Assembly: GCA_009377505.1 (NCBI GenBank)
Contig: WHTX01000003.1
Span: 1-48,899, forward strand
Length of the DNA: 48,899 nt
Reading direction: 5' to 3'
Source: Acidimicrobiia bacterium
GTDB lineage: Bacteria > Actinomycetota > Acidimicrobiia > Acidimicrobiales > CAIXPF01
Shown here: positions 44,929-48,899 of the stretch, in pieces
How the letters are laid out: each line of letters starts with the position of its first letter
Numbering within the stretch: position 1 is the first letter of the stretch
Position numbers and translations under genes: made by a program
Notes under the pieces: generated by a model
Told to the model about the DNA's origin: nothing
What the model saw: only the letters and a program-made list of their open reading frames with translations
Database searches by the model: none

Positions 44929-47900
44929 TCAGGCGACGGTTTGGCGGGGGTGCTGGGCGAGCGCGAACGCCGTGGCCCAGCCCTCGGCCTTGATGGTCAG
45001 CCCGGCCAGGCGACGCTCCGCTTCGCGGCGCACTCCCCGGGCGGAGGTGGCCTCGACCGCGGTGAGGGCGTGCGCCTCGGCCAGGCGCACGACGCCCTGC
45101 GCGACCACGTCCCCGGTGCGGTCGATCAGCTGGCGGGCGGCCGAGAAGGCGGCGATGACCTCGGACGTGTCGTCCTGCTGGGCGTGAGCGAGCCCGGCGG
45201 CGATGTAAGCGTGGGTGAGGTCGAGGTATGTCGAGCGCGGCGACTCGTGGACCCGGTCGGCCGCCCGCAACCCCCCGTAGGCGTCGCCCCTGGCCACGAG
45301 GGCCAGGGCCAGGGCCGCGAGCACCGCGGGCGCGGGGTCGGCTTCGCTGTCGGCCAGCCAGGGGCGCAGCGCGTCGAGCGCCGCGTCCACGTCGCCCCGC
45401 TGCAGGTGGGTGAGGCCGATGGCCGCCGCCCGCTCGTCTCCGCTGATCTCGCCGACGGTGGGGTCGATCCCGACGATGACGGCGAGCTGGGCCGAGGCCC
45501 GGTCGACGTCGCCGACGTGGAGCGCGGTCGAGGCGAGAGCGAGGCCGCCCATCGCCTCGCCGGCGAGGAACTGGGCCCGGCGGGAGCGGGCGGCCACGTC
45601 TTCCAGCACGTGCAGGCCCTCGGCCACCCGTCCGCTGGCCACGAGCGCCCGCCCCGAGGTCGCCTCGGCCTGGGCCTGCCCAGGGCTGTCCCCGATGCGG
45701 GCGAACAGGCCCTGGGCCTCTTCAGCCCGTTCGACGGCGGCCACGGTCCGCCCCGACCACAGCCGGACGAGCGCGGTCAGCAGCAGCATCATGGCCTCGC
45801 CGAAGCGGTCGCCCCGCTCGTGGGTGTCGGGCAGGATCTCCTCGGCCAGGCGCTCGGCCTCCCCGAGGTTGCCCTGGTGGAAGCGCGTGAAGGCGAGCAG
45901 CCCGTTTGCCCAGGCCAGGCCGGCCTGGTCGTCGATCTCGGTGAAGGTCGCCGCCGACTCGTCGATGCGGACCTCGGCATCGGCCACCCGCCCCGACAGG
46001 TACGCCACCCAGGCCAGGTTCTGCAGCGCCCAGGCCTCCCCCCGCCGGTCGCCCAGCTCGCGGAAGGTGGCGAGCGCCGCCTGGGTCGTGGCCTCGGCGT
46101 CGGGGTAGTCCCTCTGGAAGAGCAGGGTCATGCCCAGGTGCCGGAGCGTCTCGGCCTCGCCGCAGCGGTCGCCGAGGGAGCGGAAGGCGTCGAGCGCCTC
46201 GAGCAGCGTGCTGTGGGCGGGCTCCAGCGCGCCGCGGCGCTGCTCTATCTCGGCTCGCGCCATCAGCGCCCGGGCCCGGCCGTGCTCGTCCCCGAGCCGG
46301 GCGGCCAGCTCGAGCGCACAGGCCACGTCCTCGGCCGCTGCGTCGAGCTCGAACAGCCCCCAGCGGGCTTCGGCCCGACCGAGCAGGAACTCGAGACGCT
46401 GCGGGGTGGCGCTGTCGCCGGCCAGGTCGAGCGCCTGGCTGAACAGCCGGGCGGCCAGGACGTGCACCTCGCCCACCCTGGCCCGGCGCCCCGCTTCGCC
46501 GAGCCAGCGCAGCGCCCGCTCGGTGAGGTCCACGGGCAGGCCGGGCACGCCGCCGAGCTCGGAGGCGAGCGTGGCCGACGTGCCGTAGTGGAAGGCGATG
46601 CGGTCGACGGAGCCGTGGTCGAGCTGCTCGCTGTCCCCGCGTTGGTCCTCGAGCCAGACGGCGATCCCCGCGTGGCGCCGGGCCCGGTCGTTCTTGGTGA
46701 GGGTGGAGTAGGCCACCTCACGGATGAGGTCGGAGCGGAAGGTCCAGCTCCTGCCGGACAGCTCGAGCAGCTCGCGGTCGACGAGGCGGTCCAGCGCCGC
46801 CCGCCAGGCGGGCCCGCTCCCCGTGGCCGCGGCCATCTTCTCGAGGGCGAAGAGGGGGCCCGACCGGCCGACCACGGCGGCGTTCTCGACGACCTCGCGC
46901 TCCTCGGCGCTGAGACGGTCGAGCCGGGCGGCGACGAGGCCGCGCAGCGTCTCGGGCAGCTCTTGCTCGATGGGAAGGGGCAGGCCCCAGTCGGCGCCGA
47001 ACTCCGGGCCCGCGCTGACCAGCTCGGACCGGTCGGTCAGGGCGACCAGCTCCTCGAGGAAGAAGGGGTTGCCGCCGCTGCGGGCCAACAGCGTCTCCCG
47101 CAGGGCCGGCGAGATGGCCTTGCCGTCGAGCAAGCGGGACAGCAACTGCTCGGCCGCGCTGTCCTCGAGGGGGTCGAGGTTCACGACCAGCTCGTTGTAG
47201 CGGCCCGGGCGACGCGACCAGCGCGGGTCGACGAGGTGCCGGGCGCCCGCCACCAGCAGGAACGGGCAGCGGCTCAGCTTGTTCAACAAGTCGTCGAGGA
47301 GGGAGAGGACGAGGTCGTCCGCCCAGTGCAGGTCGGCGAGGCGGACGACGAGGGGCTGGTCGGCGGTGAGCCCTTCGAGGAAGCGGACGAGGGAGCGGCC
47401 CGCCTCCTCACGCGCCCGCTGCGGCTCGAGGTGGCGCAGCGGCCCCTCGTAGCCCATGAGGTGGAGCAGCGAGCCGGTGATCGGCTGGGCGGTGGCGCTC
47501 TCGGGCTTCGTGCCGAGGACCTTGGCCACGACCTCGCCGCAGCGCTGCTGGGCGTCGAGCAGGGTCATGTCCTCGCCCACCTCGCACAGCTCGCGCAGGG
47601 CCGCGCCGATGGGGTACCAGATGTTGGCCTCGCCGTAGGGCACGCAACGTGACTCGACGTGGCGGGCGCCGAACTCCCGCACCGTCCACTCGGACAGCTC
47701 GTCGGCCAGGCGGGTCTTGCCCACGCCGGCGTCGCCGAGGATGAGCACCAGACTGGCCCGGCGACGGGACACCGCCAGGCAGACGGCCCGCCGCAGCAGG
47801 ATGAGCTCGTCGTCGCGGCCCAACAGCGGGCTGCGGTGGCCCCGGGGGTAGCGGCCGGGCAGGAGGAGCACCTTCTCGGCCCGCCACGCCTCGACGGGGC

Positions 47901-48492
47901 CTTCCCGGCCCCGGGCGTGCACCACGCCCACCGGCTCGTAGGCGACGGCGAGGGAGGTGGCGTAGTAGCTGGCCGCGCCGACGTAGACCTCGCCGGGCGG
48001 GGCGGCCATCTCCAGGCGGTTGGCCGTGTTCACCACGTCGCCCATGGCGGTGTAGTCGCCGCCGGCCCGCATGGCCCCGGTCAGCACCTCGCCGGTGTTG
48101 ATGCCGATGCGCAGCTGCATGCGCGTACCGACCTCGGCTCGGTAGGCGGCCATGGTCTCCTGCATGGCGAGGGCGGCCCGCACCGCCCGCTCGGCGTCGT
48201 CCTCGTGGGCGACCGGTGCGCCGAAGAGGGCGACGATGGCGTCGCCGACGATCTTGTCCACCCGCCCGCCGAAGGACACGATGTCGCGCACCAAGCGCTC
48301 GAAGCATCGGTCCACGAGGTTCTTCACCAGCTCGGGGTCGACGGACTCGGCCATCGTCGTGAACCCGGCCAGGTCGCCGAAGAGCACGGTCACCACGCGG
48401 CGCTCGTCGGCTCGGGCCTGGAGGTCGTGCCCGCATGTCGAACAGAACCGACTGCCGTCCGGGACGGCCGACCGGCACGACGGACAGCGCAT
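44929..48492 (-). CDS. Zinc ribbon + class III adenylate/guanylate cyclase + AAA/STAND ATPase + TPR protein
   Basis: CPSC…CSTC; FGDLAGFT, KIVGDA, RIGINTG, GDVVNTANRL; GDAGVGKT; SGGNPFFLEE; C-terminal TPR-like repeats; TATGCT -10. Confidence 0.93.
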   Translation of the reverse strand: MRCPSCRSAVPDGSRFCSTCGHDLQARADERRVVTVLFGDLAGFTTMAESVDPELVKNLVDRCFERLVRDIVSFGGRVDKIVGDAIVALFGAPVAHEDDAERAVRAALAMQETMAAYRAEVGTRMQLRIGINTGEVLTGAMRAGGDYTAMGDVVNTANRLEMAAPPGEVYVGAASYYATSLAVAYEPVGVVHARGREGPVEAWRAEKVLLLPGRYPRGHRSPLLGRDDELILLRRAVCLAVSRRRASLVLILGDAGVGKTRLADELSEWTVREFGARHVESRCVPYGEANIWYPIGAALRELCEVGEDMTLLDAQQRCGEVVAKVLGTKPESATAQPITGSLLHLMGYEGPLRHLEPQRAREEAGRSLVRFLEGLTADQPLVVRLADLHWADDLVLSLLDDLLNKLSRCPFLLVAGARHLVDPRWSRRPGRYNELVVNLDPLEDSAAEQLLSRLLDGKAISPALRETLLARSGGNPFFLEELVALTDRSELVSAGPEFGADWGLPLPIEQELPETLRGLVAARLDRLSAEEREVVENAAVVGRSGPLFALEKMAAATGSGPAWRAALDRLVDRELLELSGRSWTFRSDLIREVAYSTLTKNDRARRHAGIAVWLEDQRGDSEQLDHGSVDRIAFHYGTSATLASELGGVPGLPVDLTERALRWLGEAGRRARVGEVHVLAARLFSQALDLAGDSATPQRLEFLLGRAEARWGLFELDAAAEDVACALELAARLGDEHGRARALMARAEIEQRRGALEPAHSTLLEALDAFRSLGDRCGEAETLRHLGMTLLFQRDYPDAEATTQAALATFRELGDRRGEAWALQNLAWVAYLSGRVADAEVRIDESAATFTEIDDQAGLAWANGLLAFTRFHQGNLGEAERLAEEILPDTHERGDRFGEAMMLLLTALVRLWSGRTVAAVERAEEAQGLFARIGDSPGQAQAEATSGRALVASGRVAEGLHVLEDVAARSRRAQFLAGEAMGGLALASTALHVGDVDRASAQLAVIVGIDPTVGEISGDERAAAIGLTHLQRGDVDAALDALRPWLADSEADPAPAVLAALALALVARGDAYGGLRAADRVHESPRSTYLDLTHAYIAAGLAHAQQDDTSEVIAAFSAARQLIDRTGDVVAQGVVRLAEAHALTAVEATSARGVRREAERRLAGLTIKAEGWATAFALAQHPRQTVA

Positions 48493-48633
48493 GGCGCAAG
48501 CATACGACGCCGGCCGGTGGCTCTCGCCTGTGATCAGGGCCGCGCCGAGCGTGTCGGCGCCCCTGGGACCGGGCGGAGCGCCACGCTCGTAAGCTGCGAC
48601 GGAGCAGCTCCCGGGCTGCGCCCCAAACGCACC

Positions 48634-48899
48634 ATGCTGCTGCTCGCCATCCGAGGCCTCATCGCCGCCCGCCGGCGCCTGGCGGCCACCGGGCTGGCCG
48701 TCACCCTGGGCGTCGCCCTGGCGACGGGGGCGCTCGTCCTCGGGCGGGCCATCGATCGCGACCTCGCCGGCTCGGCAGCCGTGCCCGCCCAGGCGGCCGA
48801 CGTGGTCGTGCGCCAGCGCGTGGCCCTGCGCTCGGCCCTCGGGCCGGTGCGGTCGCGGCTGCCCGCCGCCGTGCTCGACGCCGTGCGCTCGACACCGGG
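48634..48899 (+). CDS. FtsX-like ABC transporter permease, N-terminal part (runs off the window)
   Basis: MLLLAIRGLIAARRRLAATGLAVTLGVALATGALVL…ADVVVR…RLPAAVLDAVRSTP, typical of actinobacterial FtsX-family permease starts. Confidence 0.75.
   Translation, partial: MLLLAIRGLIAARRRLAATGLAVTLGVALATGALVLGRAIDRDLAGSAAVPAQAADVVVRQRVALRSALGPVRSRLPAAVLDAVRSTP

Noticed and set aside
44831-45187. Leaderless ORF 44843-45187 after TAGCGT
   Set aside because: Mostly antisense to the cyclase gene, with shadow-frame composition; the -10 match may be chance.

Overview
Very GC-rich actinobacterial chromosome segment, most likely class Acidimicrobiia (inferred from the gene set, an F420-type LLM enzyme, an LPxTG protein and pervasive leaderless promoters). 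It is mostly housekeeping and metabolic: type-2 ileS, aroK, msrA, a cobU-cobS-cobT cobamide salvage operon, dsbB plus a thioredoxin-fold partner, pepF, ppx/gppA, lhgO, two family III CoA-transferases, two enoyl-CoA hydratases, two LLM oxidoreductases, three glycosyltransferases, a GGDEF-EAL protein and a class III cyclase-ATPase-TPR protein. I found no CRISPR array, prophage, transposase, tRNA or rRNA, and no convincing new multi-gene system. The most interesting signals are intergenic: (1) a candidate ~122-nt sRNA at 37590-37711 (-) with a TTGACA-17-TACTGT promoter, three hairpins, a G6 loop and a U-tailed terminator; (2) a second structured RNA candidate at 23341-23496 (+); (3) a 94-bp TA-flanked MITE that supplies the stop codons of two convergent genes; (4) a conserved ~29-bp intergenic motif in three copies; (5) a 43-bp tandem repeat; (6) two tiny leaderless ORFs; (7) internally deleted gene relics. 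Several genes carry frameshifts or a nonsense codon, which may be assembly errors or real decay. Family assignments come from motif recognition by eye; no database search was run.
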